From the IMG/VR virus record IMGVR_UViG_3300010885_030180, positions 1-64,000 of that record: a stretch of DNA of 64,000 nucleotides; one strand, given 5' to 3'. The notes under the pieces were generated by a model, which searched no databases, was not told the origin of the DNA, and was given only the letters and a program-made list of their open reading frames with translations. The first letter of the stretch is position 1, and each line of letters starts with the position of its first letter. Positions 1-8,474 of this stretch are shown here, piece after piece. Both the position numbers and the translations under genes were made by a program. The stretch comes from a virus.

Positions 1-1
1 C

Positions 2-160
2 TCCGGTGGTGCTGGTGGACTTGTTGGTGCTGTTGGTACAGACGGCACCACATATGATTTTGCCGGTGGCCCCGGTGGGGGTGCCGGATTTGCAGTAGTA
101 GGTCAAGGTAATATAGTTGGTGGTGTCTTGGGCGGCGATGTTCGTGGCGCAAGAGGTTAA
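2..160 (+). CDS. 3' end of glycine-rich virion/tail-fibre-type protein (partial, begins before window)
   Basis: Frame 2 is open from the window edge: SGGAGGLVGAVGTDG...GGPGGGAGFAVVGQG...GDVRGARG*, TAA at 158-160. Confidence 0.7.
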   Translation, partial: SGGAGGLVGAVGTDGTTYDFAGGPGGGAGFAVVGQGNIVGGVLGGDVRGARG

Positions 161-176
161 CATTTAGGAATTAAGT

Positions 177-530
177 ATGGATTATAAAATTACGGCTGTC
201 AACACAGCAATTGGACAATTAACTATTATGTTTGTGGATTCAGCAGGTGCAGAAGTGGCCACATACGCTGTTGATGTACCCATTGTAGATGGATTGTTTG
301 TCACAGGAATTGATTTAGAACGAGAAATACAACAACGAGCACCTGTATGGTTATTAGAACGTACACAGTCGATCAGCACAGTAAGTAACCTAGCACATCT
401 TGAGAGTTTAGTTGATCCAAATCATGTAGTTAGTATTCCATTGGTTAAACAAGTGTGGGAAAAAGTTGACCTTACAACTGAAACTACAAATATCATTTCA
501 ACAGAAACCATTAATATAAATCTATTATAA
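177..530 (+). CDS. hypothetical phage protein
   Basis: 117-aa ORF with AGGA Shine-Dalgarno upstream, tightly packed in operon. Confidence 0.7.
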   Translation: MDYKITAVNTAIGQLTIMFVDSAGAEVATYAVDVPIVDGLFVTGIDLEREIQQRAPVWLLERTQSISTVSNLAHLESLVDPNHVVSIPLVKQVWEKVDLTTETTNIISTETININLL

Positions 531-531
531 T

Positions 532-1077
532 ATGTCACGCACATGCAAAGCACCCAGTGCATTTCCCTTATTGCATTTGGTAGTATCCGAAACGGTATAT
601 AGCCCTGCAGGAACACAACACGAAGTTGAATTAGCGCAGCCGTATGGTCCAGATTCTATCCCAATCAGAAGTATGTTAACACGGGGTAGTGTTCAATTTG
701 AATTTCCTGGAACTGATTTACCTAGCGGTAATGCTGATGCTCCTGGACCTCCAGGAGCATCAGTCACACCATTTGTTCCCGCCCTATTAGGTAAGACACG
801 AATAAAAACTACTACATTAACAGATAACGTAGAGGTACAATGTATAACACCATGGCCTGGGTATAAGTTATCACATGAAGAAGTTAACCTAGAGCAGGGT
901 ACAGTAACAGTCATTAACAAAGGTGTTATGGTGTTTATATTTGGAGACAATTACTCAATAAACAATAAAAGATATAGTTCTTTTGAGATGTTTGCTGTAC
1001 AATATAATGATGTTACAATCGATGCATTATCTCCCTGTTATATTGTTATATTCAGTTCTATGCTTAAAGAGGTATAA
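532..1077 (+). CDS. hypothetical protein (beta-rich, possibly cupin-like C-terminus)
   Basis: 181-aa ORF starting 1 nt after the previous stop. Confidence 0.65.
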   Translation: MSRTCKAPSAFPLLHLVVSETVYSPAGTQHEVELAQPYGPDSIPIRSMLTRGSVQFEFPGTDLPSGNADAPGPPGASVTPFVPALLGKTRIKTTTLTDNVEVQCITPWPGYKLSHEEVNLEQGTVTVINKGVMVFIFGDNYSINNKRYSSFEMFAVQYNDVTIDALSPCYIVIFSSMLKEV

Positions 1078-1188
1078 ATGTTATTAACCCTATGGAGTAT
1101 TTGGCAGTTGGTCAAATTCTATTTTGGTTTAAGATTTTACCGTTGGATCAAAACCAAATGGTTATTATATAGAGGAAAGAAAATATGA
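1078..1188 (+). CDS. 36-aa Trp/Lys-rich small peptide (not in ORF track)
   Basis: MLLTLWSIWQLVKFYFGLRFYRWIKTKWLLYRGKKI*. The ATG directly follows the upstream TAA and its TGA overlaps the next ATG (ATGA), so it exactly fills the gap. Confidence 0.7.
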   Translation: MLLTLWSIWQLVKFYFGLRFYRWIKTKWLLYRGKKI

Positions 1189-2114
1189 AATTTGAGTACA
1201 AGTCAGTACCTTTAAAACAAAATTGGGATCAAGTATTACCGCGCTATTGGTTTGATAATAGTCCATTAAAAACTCATTTCATGAATGGGTTTAGTTTGCT
1301 AATTCCAAGTGGAGAAAGCACTGTTATTCATACGCTCAAAGTAACGCAACCACAACTTAAAGATCCTAAACTAAGAGAGCAGGTCAGTGAAATGATTGCA
1401 CAAGAGAGTTGGCATTCATTTAGCCATAAAAAATATAATGACTGGTTAACCAAAATTGGGTTACCTGCACCTGAATTAGCATCGGAGTTTTTCCATCACT
1501 TGCTCACAGGTAAAAAGAAACGTGATCTGGATGTTGGACAAGCATTCTGGATACCTGTTCTTGTTGGTGGTGAACACAATGCAGTCTGCATTATGGAATA
1601 CTTACTAGAACGTCCAGCTATGTTGGCCACAATGCATCCGCATTTTAGACAAGCATGGGTATGGCATTGCATTGAAGAGATTGAGCACAAAGGGTCGTCG
1701 TTGGACATGTGGTACGATACCAAAGAATTATATAATCGTAAGAAATATAAACTTAAATTTGTTAGTGTACTAGCTGCAACCAAACTAAATTACTTCCTTA
1801 TGAAGAATATGTTTGTATTGCTTAAACATGATAATGAGTTGTGGAAATGGCGCACACTTAAAGATGGGCTTAGTTTCTTACTAGGGCGTGATGGAATTAT
1901 TACCAAGACCTTTGTACCTTTCTTTAAAATTATATTACCAAAGTGGCATCCGTGGGAGCATGATACACGATATCTAATTGAGCATTATAACAAAGTTGCA
2001 TTATCAACACCAATGAGTGCTGAAGAACTTGCACAAATTGATGTAGAGTTTCACGGATGTGTATCTGACATTGAAAATCTTATTAGAGAAAACAACAAGA
2101 TTAACGTAATATAA
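1185..2114 (+). CDS. predicted metal-dependent hydrolase family / ferritin-like diiron enzyme
   Basis: Motifs P.GE, QESWH...H, GEH, WHCIEEIEHK and C-terminal WHPWEHD typical of the Metal_hydrol diiron family. Confidence 0.8.
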   Translation: MKFEYKSVPLKQNWDQVLPRYWFDNSPLKTHFMNGFSLLIPSGESTVIHTLKVTQPQLKDPKLREQVSEMIAQESWHSFSHKKYNDWLTKIGLPAPELASEFFHHLLTGKKKRDLDVGQAFWIPVLVGGEHNAVCIMEYLLERPAMLATMHPHFRQAWVWHCIEEIEHKGSSLDMWYDTKELYNRKKYKLKFVSVLAATKLNYFLMKNMFVLLKHDNELWKWRTLKDGLSFLLGRDGIITKTFVPFFKIILPKWHPWEHDTRYLIEHYNKVALSTPMSAEELAQIDVEFHGCVSDIENLIRENNKINVI

Positions 2115-2662
2115 TGTTCAAGTTGATCAAGAGTATATTCAAACCTAAATCTGTTTCTGATGATATATTCACCTGGAAATATATTGATGTGGATAATGAT
2201 CTAGTAGAAGAAATTCGAAATATATATCTAAAGAATCTAAAAGAAAATTTGAGTCATTACCGATTTTTTCAAGTGTTGCCTATTTGTATACCCGATGTTA
2301 TGGGGAAAGAGGTGATTGGCGCCGGGTTAGTATATTCTACAGGAAATCATAAATCAAGGTATGCTCATAAAGATCCAATAGTTGACAACGCATCAACACT
2401 TGCTTTGAATATTCCATTTATAAATTGCCAAGATAGCAAAACCACACTGTATAAAAGTTGTACCGCGCCTCTGTATAATTTTTATGGAAATAGGATTGCC
2501 GAGCTTGCAAATTTATCTACTTGCAATATGATTACTAGTTATACGTTAGATCGTCCTATCTTGCTTAATACACAAGTTTTACATGCTGTAGATAATTTTA
2601 GCCCAGAACCTAGACTAGCAATTAGTTTGCGGTTCTCTAAGGATCCGGTTGAATGGCTTTAA
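2114..2662 (+). CDS. 2OG-Fe(II) oxygenase-like (DSBH) protein
   Basis: HKD...LHAVDN...RLAISLRF facial triad plus 2OG-binding Arg. Confidence 0.7.
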   Translation: MFKLIKSIFKPKSVSDDIFTWKYIDVDNDLVEEIRNIYLKNLKENLSHYRFFQVLPICIPDVMGKEVIGAGLVYSTGNHKSRYAHKDPIVDNASTLALNIPFINCQDSKTTLYKSCTAPLYNFYGNRIAELANLSTCNMITSYTLDRPILLNTQVLHAVDNFSPEPRLAISLRFSKDPVEWL

Positions 2663-3039
2663 TAACTTTTCTCTTCTACTATATCACTACCGCATAGTGT
2701 ATTGATTTCACGTTTGATACGTGCCCGTTCATCGTTCTTCAAATAGACATTACGGGCCGCTTCTATAAAAATTAGATCAAAGTTGTCTGTGGATTCACAA
2801 GCTCGTTTGTAGTTCTCTATATCCCACAGTTGGTTGTTGATATCTTTTAGTTGCAAGAACAGGTCTGCAATATTCTCAAAGTGATCAGCTGTCAATGTAT
2901 CTAGTAGTTCAGTTAGCTGTGCCAATTCTTTGTTAATATTCTTCAATTTGTCTTCGCTGAATATACGTTCCTGTTTGATTAATAGTATAGTGATCTTATC
3001 AACAAGTTCGCCAACACTGATTGGGGCCATTATGATCAT
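2659..3039 (-). CDS. DUF6165-like protein (associated with glycosyltransferase loci)
   Basis: PISVGELVDKITIL.IK...N.QLWDIE...AR.VY.KND.RA.IK..IN...GS.IVEEKSY signature. Confidence 0.75.
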   Translation of the reverse strand: MIIMAPISVGELVDKITILLIKQERIFSEDKLKNINKELAQLTELLDTLTADHFENIADLFLQLKDINNQLWDIENYKRACESTDNFDLIFIEAARNVYLKNDERARIKREINTLCGSDIVEEKSY

Positions 3040-3795
3040 CCTGGTACTCCTAATGTTCTAGCAGCAGGGTTTAGATTAGGATTCTCCAACCAGGTCCAAT
3101 AGTTACCTTGTACAGGAGTTAATCCAATATGGTGAATAGGTATAAAGTAACGATCCTCCCCAATGTTTAATTGATCCACTAGATTGGCCATACAGCTATC
3201 GGTCATAATAATACTTTGTGCGCCTTCAATAATCTTAAGCCAATCAAAAATATAACCATCCGGAGTAATATCAATAATATCCCAACCCTCTGGAACCATA
3301 CTGCTATCCCATTGTGTTCGACCACCACTGGCATCCAAGTGTGTTACCACATACATAGGGTTCTTAACTTTAGCATTGTACAATGCTTGTTCACGAGCAG
3401 GGTTTCGAGTAATACATTCGGATAGATTCCATTTTTCTTTAAATGGAACACCTGCATGTAGATATTTGTATTGATCAAACTTTGTATGTTGGAAGAATAC
3501 TTCCTTATGGAAGTCTTGTCCGGTTAATGCTTGATATAAAGGCAGTATCTCATCGCACTTAAAGTTCTTAAGACGTTGCAAGGGTATATCAAGAAAGAAT
3601 GGGCCAGGATCGGGTACTACTGGAATCCATTTTACCCAAGGTGCGGCTGAATTCATCTGTTCAACCCATGCATCTACAATGGGCCAATAAACTTCCCATC
3701 CTTCGTTGTGGTAGTGTCGTGCAATGGGCAAGGCAATAATAATATCACCCCAACCCCCTTGACTGGATAATTCCAAGTCTTTGTTTTTTAATCAT
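3036..3795 (-). CDS. GT9 (ADP-heptose transferase)-like glycosyltransferase, frameshifted near the 5' end
   Basis: ATG at 3795 reads MIKKQRLGIIQSRGLG then TGA. Removing one G from GGGGG-TT-GGGG (3748-3758) joins it to GDIIIALP...IIMTDSCMANL, a GT9-like G.GD and DS motif pattern. Confidence 0.65.
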
Positions 3796-3807
3796 ATATT
3801 CTTTCTG

Positions 3808-3815
3808 TATAAATA
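3808..3815 (+). promoter_or_regulatory. T4-type late promoter
   Basis: Exact TATAAATA about 60 nt upstream of the endonuclease ATG. Confidence 0.65.
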
Positions 3816-3817
3816 AA

Positions 3818-3876
3818 AGTGTAGTTCGCGGAATTGGCGTTCCCAACTACTCTAATACTTAATAGGAGTACCAGCA
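3818..3876 (+). promoter_or_regulatory. structured 5' leader RNA with an RBS-sequestering hairpin
   Basis: GTAGTT(3821-26)/AACTAC(3845-50) stem enclosing GGAA/TTCC, then TACTT/GAGTA stem overlapping the AGGAG Shine-Dalgarno. GC-rich patch in AT-rich DNA. Confidence 0.55.
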
Positions 3877-4179
3877 ATGTATTTAAACACAATCCCAGCC
3901 TATGTCTACAAAATTAGACATATAACCACAAAGCAATATTATTTTGGATTTCGTAAGGCTCATATTAAATCTAATAGAACTCCAGAACAAGATTTCCTTA
4001 TATATTATTATAGTAGTTCTGATATCATAAAGTCAATGATTAAAGAATACGGCATTGATCAATTTGAATGTTCTATCATTTATCGAGATATCAATACAGA
4101 AGAAGCTTTCTGGTATGAACAAGATTTAATTAAAGAAAATAAATTGGATCCTTTAATGCTCAAAAGACTTCAGAAATAG
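3877..4179 (+). CDS. GIY-YIG (Seg-like) homing endonuclease, catalytic domain only, probably truncated
   Basis: YVYKI.H..T.QYYFG.R...YYSSS..IK..IKEYG...F...I.......A...EQ.LI. Only 100 aa with no DNA-binding tail. Inserted antisense within a glycosyltransferase operon. Confidence 0.7.
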   Translation: MYLNTIPAYVYKIRHITTKQYYFGFRKAHIKSNRTPEQDFLIYYYSSSDIIKSMIKEYGIDQFECSIIYRDINTEEAFWYEQDLIKENKLDPLMLKRLQK

Positions 4180-4940
4180 TCTCCATTAGGGTGATCAGGA
4201 AAGTAGCATTCGTTGCGTTCCATTGGAAGGTCGTCTCTCACTTCACATGCCCAAACAACTCCTAGTCCAATGGCCAGGCTAAGTGCTACACTCTGATTGC
4301 CTACAAATTGTTCAGCACCGGCAATTACCTGTGCTAGTTCTAGTAAGTTACTAGTTGGATGATAGGAAATATCCCAACCGGTTGCTTGTTTAAATGCAGT
4401 ATATTCTTCAGGTAACCCTACAAATACGGATTCTGCTTCTAGACCTTGTTCTTGCCATTGTGCCCACATGGGGCTCAATGTGTTAGGTAACCATCGTGCT
4501 GTACGATTAATCACAATAGTTTTATCAGGTATCTGTACAGTATTAGGTACAGTAAGCCAAGATGTGTTTCGCAATGCAGTTTTTTCTTCTGCGGTGCGTA
4601 TGCCAAATGTATCAGCATAGATATCAACATAATTTCCTGGATGCCCTACAAATGCTGTACGGAAACGATCTAAATTGTGTGTAATCTCGTCACGGGCTAC
4701 ATCCAATGCTGCAAATTTAGTAATGTACTCTTGTGCTAGGAAGAATGGTTGCATGAACTCCAAATCCGTTTGTGTCATACGTCCTCGATGGAATGGATTA
4801 GGGTCACCGCCGTAATAGTGTTTTGTGAGCCAATCCACTTGATTAAGATGGAGATAGAATTCACCACCACCAAAGTGTTTCATTATGGGTAAAGCGTAGA
4901 TGATATCGCCTAGTGTGCCGGAATGTTTAAATTTTTTCAT
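4170..4940 (-). CDS. GT9-like glycosyltransferase
   Basis: N-terminal HSGTLGDIIYALP and C-terminal LLELAQVIAGAEQFVGNQS...LA.GLG. Confidence 0.7.
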   Translation of the reverse strand: MKKFKHSGTLGDIIYALPIMKHFGGGEFYLHLNQVDWLTKHYYGGDPNPFHRGRMTQTDLEFMQPFFLAQEYITKFAALDVARDEITHNLDRFRTAFVGHPGNYVDIYADTFGIRTAEEKTALRNTSWLTVPNTVQIPDKTIVINRTARWLPNTLSPMWAQWQEQGLEAESVFVGLPEEYTAFKQATGWDISYHPTSNLLELAQVIAGAEQFVGNQSVALSLAIGLGVVWACEVRDDLPMERNECYFPDHPNGDYF

Positions 4941-4951
4941 AGTATGAGTTT

Positions 4952-4980
4952 ATTATAGCAGTATTTAATAAACTAATCAA
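4952..4980 (-). promoter_or_regulatory. sigma70-type promoter with an embedded TAAATA late motif, for the GT operon
   Basis: Minus strand TTGATT-17 nt-TATAAT with TGn extended -10. Confidence 0.55.
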
Positions 4981-5015
4981 CAATTAGAAAAAGTATTGGG
5001 CTAAATAGTGTTACT

Positions 5016-5807
5016 ATGAGTTTACCTACCTACACCGGCAACATTATCAATCATAATGACTTCAATGAAATACAAAGTACGTTAGAAAATATCTTAGGAG
5101 TAGGTCAAGATGGTTATGGAATTCCATCTCTCAAATCAAATCCAGTAAATTACAACAGTAAGATAACAGCATTCCAGTGGAATGATTTACTGTATGATGT
5201 TAATGCACTTCATGAACACATTACTGGTGCATTTACCAGTACACAATCTGTTGTAACTGGAACAACTGTAGTAAATCATAGTATAGTAAGTGATATATAT
5301 CATGTTACACAGAGTTTGATACCAAATAGATATACTGCCCATCCTAGCCAATTTTTAATTTCGGATGGAGGTATTTCTACAATATTTTACAACAATGGTG
5401 ACAGTTTACGCACATTGCCCTGGGGTATTGAAAGTAATGTTATAAGACACAAGGTAGTAACACAATTTCCTAGTGCAATAGCAGCAAGATATTATTTCAA
5501 TCTTGGATGTTATTTAACCTACACGCCATATTACGAAGGTACTGGATTAAATGATCTTGATACTGAATGGGCCAACTTTATTGATTATCTTCGAGCGCCA
5601 GACCTGACATATATCTACGATCGAGACAAGTTTGTAACATATGATTCAATTACTACCAACTGGACCAGTGGTACATTACATGTAAGTATACAAGCTGATA
5701 GAGCAATAGATTTCAAATCTGTTGAATTTACCATTACATATCAAAATGATGCAAGTCCTAATTTGCTAATAAGTCCAGCAGTGGGCACATACACTATAAC
5801 TTTATAA
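5016..5807 (+). CDS. putative virion structural protein
   Basis: 263 aa, Thr/Asn-rich, preceded by CTAAATA late motif, first gene of a structural-type operon. Confidence 0.55.
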   Translation: MSLPTYTGNIINHNDFNEIQSTLENILGVGQDGYGIPSLKSNPVNYNSKITAFQWNDLLYDVNALHEHITGAFTSTQSVVTGTTVVNHSIVSDIYHVTQSLIPNRYTAHPSQFLISDGGISTIFYNNGDSLRTLPWGIESNVIRHKVVTQFPSAIAARYYFNLGCYLTYTPYYEGTGLNDLDTEWANFIDYLRAPDLTYIYDRDKFVTYDSITTNWTSGTLHVSIQADRAIDFKSVEFTITYQNDASPNLLISPAVGTYTITL

Positions 5808-5808
5808 T

Positions 5809-6981
5809 ATGGCTACTCTTGCAACTCCTATAACTTTTACATTAGAAAACAAAACTGTAGATCAGATTTCTATAAAAAATATCACCTATGTTGATAATGC
5901 TAATATAACACATCATTCTGACTACAGTAATTTTGATTTTGGCGGCACAGATAATACTGGTAATACCAGCTCAGAACAATTTGTTAAACGATATGTAACC
6001 GGTGATTATTTACAAAGATCATACGTATCAGATACTAGACCTATAACAGTATATTATAGCACACATACCGGCAATACATTAACTATAAAAGATTCGACTA
6101 CAGCAGGTTTATATGCGGGTTGGACAGCTGATACATTAGGAGGAGACAATGCATTTGATGGGTTAACTATTGTTAGTATAGGTGGGCCAACAACTATATT
6201 ATTAAGTGGTCCTCCGTCAGTTGCTATTCCTAACCAAGGTGAGTCTATTAAATTTTCCTTTGCTACTAACAAACTAGTAATTAATAGCACCACCGGGATC
6301 AGTGCAGGTTGGGAGATTAGAGATAATGGATATAGCACACCTGGCAATGTTATTAGTGTAGAAGATAGCCAAACACTAGTAGTTGATACACTACCTACTA
6401 ATCCATCAACTAATCCTGCCAATAAATTTTTGTTTACTGCGGCAACTAACTATCTAACACTTAATAATACAAACAATATTGAAGCAGGATTTACAGCATT
6501 GAGCAGTGACAATGCGTATGACAACTCTCAATATGTATTATTAGTGGTTGATAGTACTACTGTACAAATGAGTAATCAACCTAACAGTGCTCCATCAATC
6601 AACAGTCCGGCAAACCAAATAACATTTACTAGTACTCGACCTATAGTTACAATCGATGCAGGTCAATCTACAAGTTTTGTTGTAAACTATACTAATAATA
6701 ACAGTACCCCGGCAGTTAATTATCCTTCGTTACTAACAATTAATGCAAAAAATCTTGGTAATAATTCCAACATTGTAGGAAATGTTAATAATTATGTAAG
6801 TATAAACTTACCGCCCCCTCCTCCACCAACTTACATTCCAACTGGCAACGGTAATGGTGGCCAGCGTGGTGGCGCTCCTGGAGTACCGGGGACGCCGTCC
6901 CCAGCTGTCGGTTGCCCAAGTGCAAGTGCAAGTTCCGCCTCAGCATCCTGTAGTGCATCTGGTGTAGGCGTTGGAGATTAA
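5809..6981 (+). CDS. putative virion protein with internal beta-repeats and a Pro/Gly/Ser/Cys low-complexity C-tail
   Basis: Three repeats (T.G..AG[W/F]......N.[YF]...) followed by PPPPPP-GNGNGG...CPSASASSASASCSASGVGVGD. Confidence 0.6.
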   Translation: MATLATPITFTLENKTVDQISIKNITYVDNANITHHSDYSNFDFGGTDNTGNTSSEQFVKRYVTGDYLQRSYVSDTRPITVYYSTHTGNTLTIKDSTTAGLYAGWTADTLGGDNAFDGLTIVSIGGPTTILLSGPPSVAIPNQGESIKFSFATNKLVINSTTGISAGWEIRDNGYSTPGNVISVEDSQTLVVDTLPTNPSTNPANKFLFTAATNYLTLNNTNNIEAGFTALSSDNAYDNSQYVLLVVDSTTVQMSNQPNSAPSINSPANQITFTSTRPIVTIDAGQSTSFVVNYTNNNSTPAVNYPSLLTINAKNLGNNSNIVGNVNNYVSINLPPPPPPTYIPTGNGNGGQRGGAPGVPGTPSPAVGCPSASASSASASCSASGVGVGD

Positions 6982-6983
6982 AA

Positions 6984-8426
6984 ATGGCAACTTCATATGA
7001 TGTAAATTTAAAAATAGGCAGCGCAATTGGATTTAATGTAGTTGGGCGCGGACTTATACAGGGATTAACTCCTATACAAACTACCACATTGACACTAGAT
7101 GGTGATGTGTTTACTCCATCTGGATATAATGCTGGTACTAGAACATTGAGTGTTCAACCATTGGTTGACTTTATATCATCTCCTGGAACAACTAGTACTA
7201 GACAACTAGTACAGATGACCAATAATGGTAATGCAATACTAACGGTTACTGACATATTATATTCATTAAATGAAGGCATAACTCCTCGGTTCTATTTCTA
7301 TCCAGGTGTAACTGTATTAAATTCATCTGTCATAACAATACTTCCAAATAGTACAGCAAATTTTCAGTTAGCGTATATTGCTACTGAAGCTGCCGAATAT
7401 AATAATTACCTTATATTTGTATCAAATAATGATAGTGGGTATTACAAACTTCCTACACGTCAACTAGTAGTTGACACACTTGATTTTTATATTTCTCCTA
7501 CTGGAGTAAGCACCGCCACAACCATCGTAGGATATAATAACGTGTTTACTTATAATATAGTTCCTGTTCTTAATTCTGTTGAACGACCCGATTTAGTAAT
7601 TCCAATTATTAATCCAACTATTACTGGAAGCCCAGCTTGGAGTATTTTAAATACAGGTACTAACAGCATATCAGTTCTCTTCAATGCTAATCATGTTAAT
7701 AATGTTAATGGAACTTATGTATCAACATTAACAGTAGTTTCAAATTCACTATCTCGTCAGGTAACAAATACTGCTACTATAACTGTAGATTATAATAAAA
7801 ACAAACACCTTTGCGTATGGTTAAGTCCAGCAAGTCACGACAACAGTATTATTGGTGCAAGTTACGATTTAATAGATAATGCTAGATACTTGACCATTGG
7901 AGTAGGTATGGGAGGTGAAGATTCCTCTGTGTACAGCCAAGGTGGAAATGCTAATCTCAGTATGGACAACATTGGTCCTGGTGCCAACGCAGATAATTAT
8001 CCATATTGGTCTAAGGTATATCGTATTCCGTTTAGTGGAACTGCTACTACGTATTACAGTAACGATTATGTGGATAAGACTACAACTGCTACAGATTACA
8101 GCAGTTACTTTGGCGAGTTTGATTCAGCAGGATCTATGTTTGTAGTTGAGGACGACGGATACGGAAGTATCAAAGTAGAATTAAATAATTTGATTGAATA
8201 TAATACTTCTACTGTTACTACCAGTACCTGGACTACTCTAAACAACTTAACTAGAGCATTCCATTATTATTCTAATGTAGATATTGATGGTAGAATATCC
8301 ACAGCACCGGAATATTCAAGCCCGTTAGTATTTGATACTAACACTACTCAATTGTTTACTGGGTTTGATTACAACACTAGAGATCGAATAGCCACAACTG
8401 CTACATCAATTGTAGCCATTCCTTAA
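6984..8426 (+). CDS. putative virion protein with Ig-like (ASH-type) domain
   Basis: TNNGNAILTVTDI...TILPNSTANFQL.Y motif, Thr/Asn/Ser-rich. Confidence 0.55.
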   Translation: MATSYDVNLKIGSAIGFNVVGRGLIQGLTPIQTTTLTLDGDVFTPSGYNAGTRTLSVQPLVDFISSPGTTSTRQLVQMTNNGNAILTVTDILYSLNEGITPRFYFYPGVTVLNSSVITILPNSTANFQLAYIATEAAEYNNYLIFVSNNDSGYYKLPTRQLVVDTLDFYISPTGVSTATTIVGYNNVFTYNIVPVLNSVERPDLVIPIINPTITGSPAWSILNTGTNSISVLFNANHVNNVNGTYVSTLTVVSNSLSRQVTNTATITVDYNKNKHLCVWLSPASHDNSIIGASYDLIDNARYLTIGVGMGGEDSSVYSQGGNANLSMDNIGPGANADNYPYWSKVYRIPFSGTATTYYSNDYVDKTTTATDYSSYFGEFDSAGSMFVVEDDGYGSIKVELNNLIEYNTSTVTTSTWTTLNNLTRAFHYYSNVDIDGRISTAPEYSSPLVFDTNTTQLFTGFDYNTRDRIATTATSIVAIP

Positions 8427-8474
8427 TAGATCAGAAATTAAATTTAGTATTATATACTACGATAAGTAGTATGT

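Noticed and set aside
3818-3876. tRNA, known riboswitch or HDV-like ribozyme
   Set aside because: No cloverleaf or T-loop, and I could not fit the stems to a known family by eye. Kept only as an unassigned structured leader.
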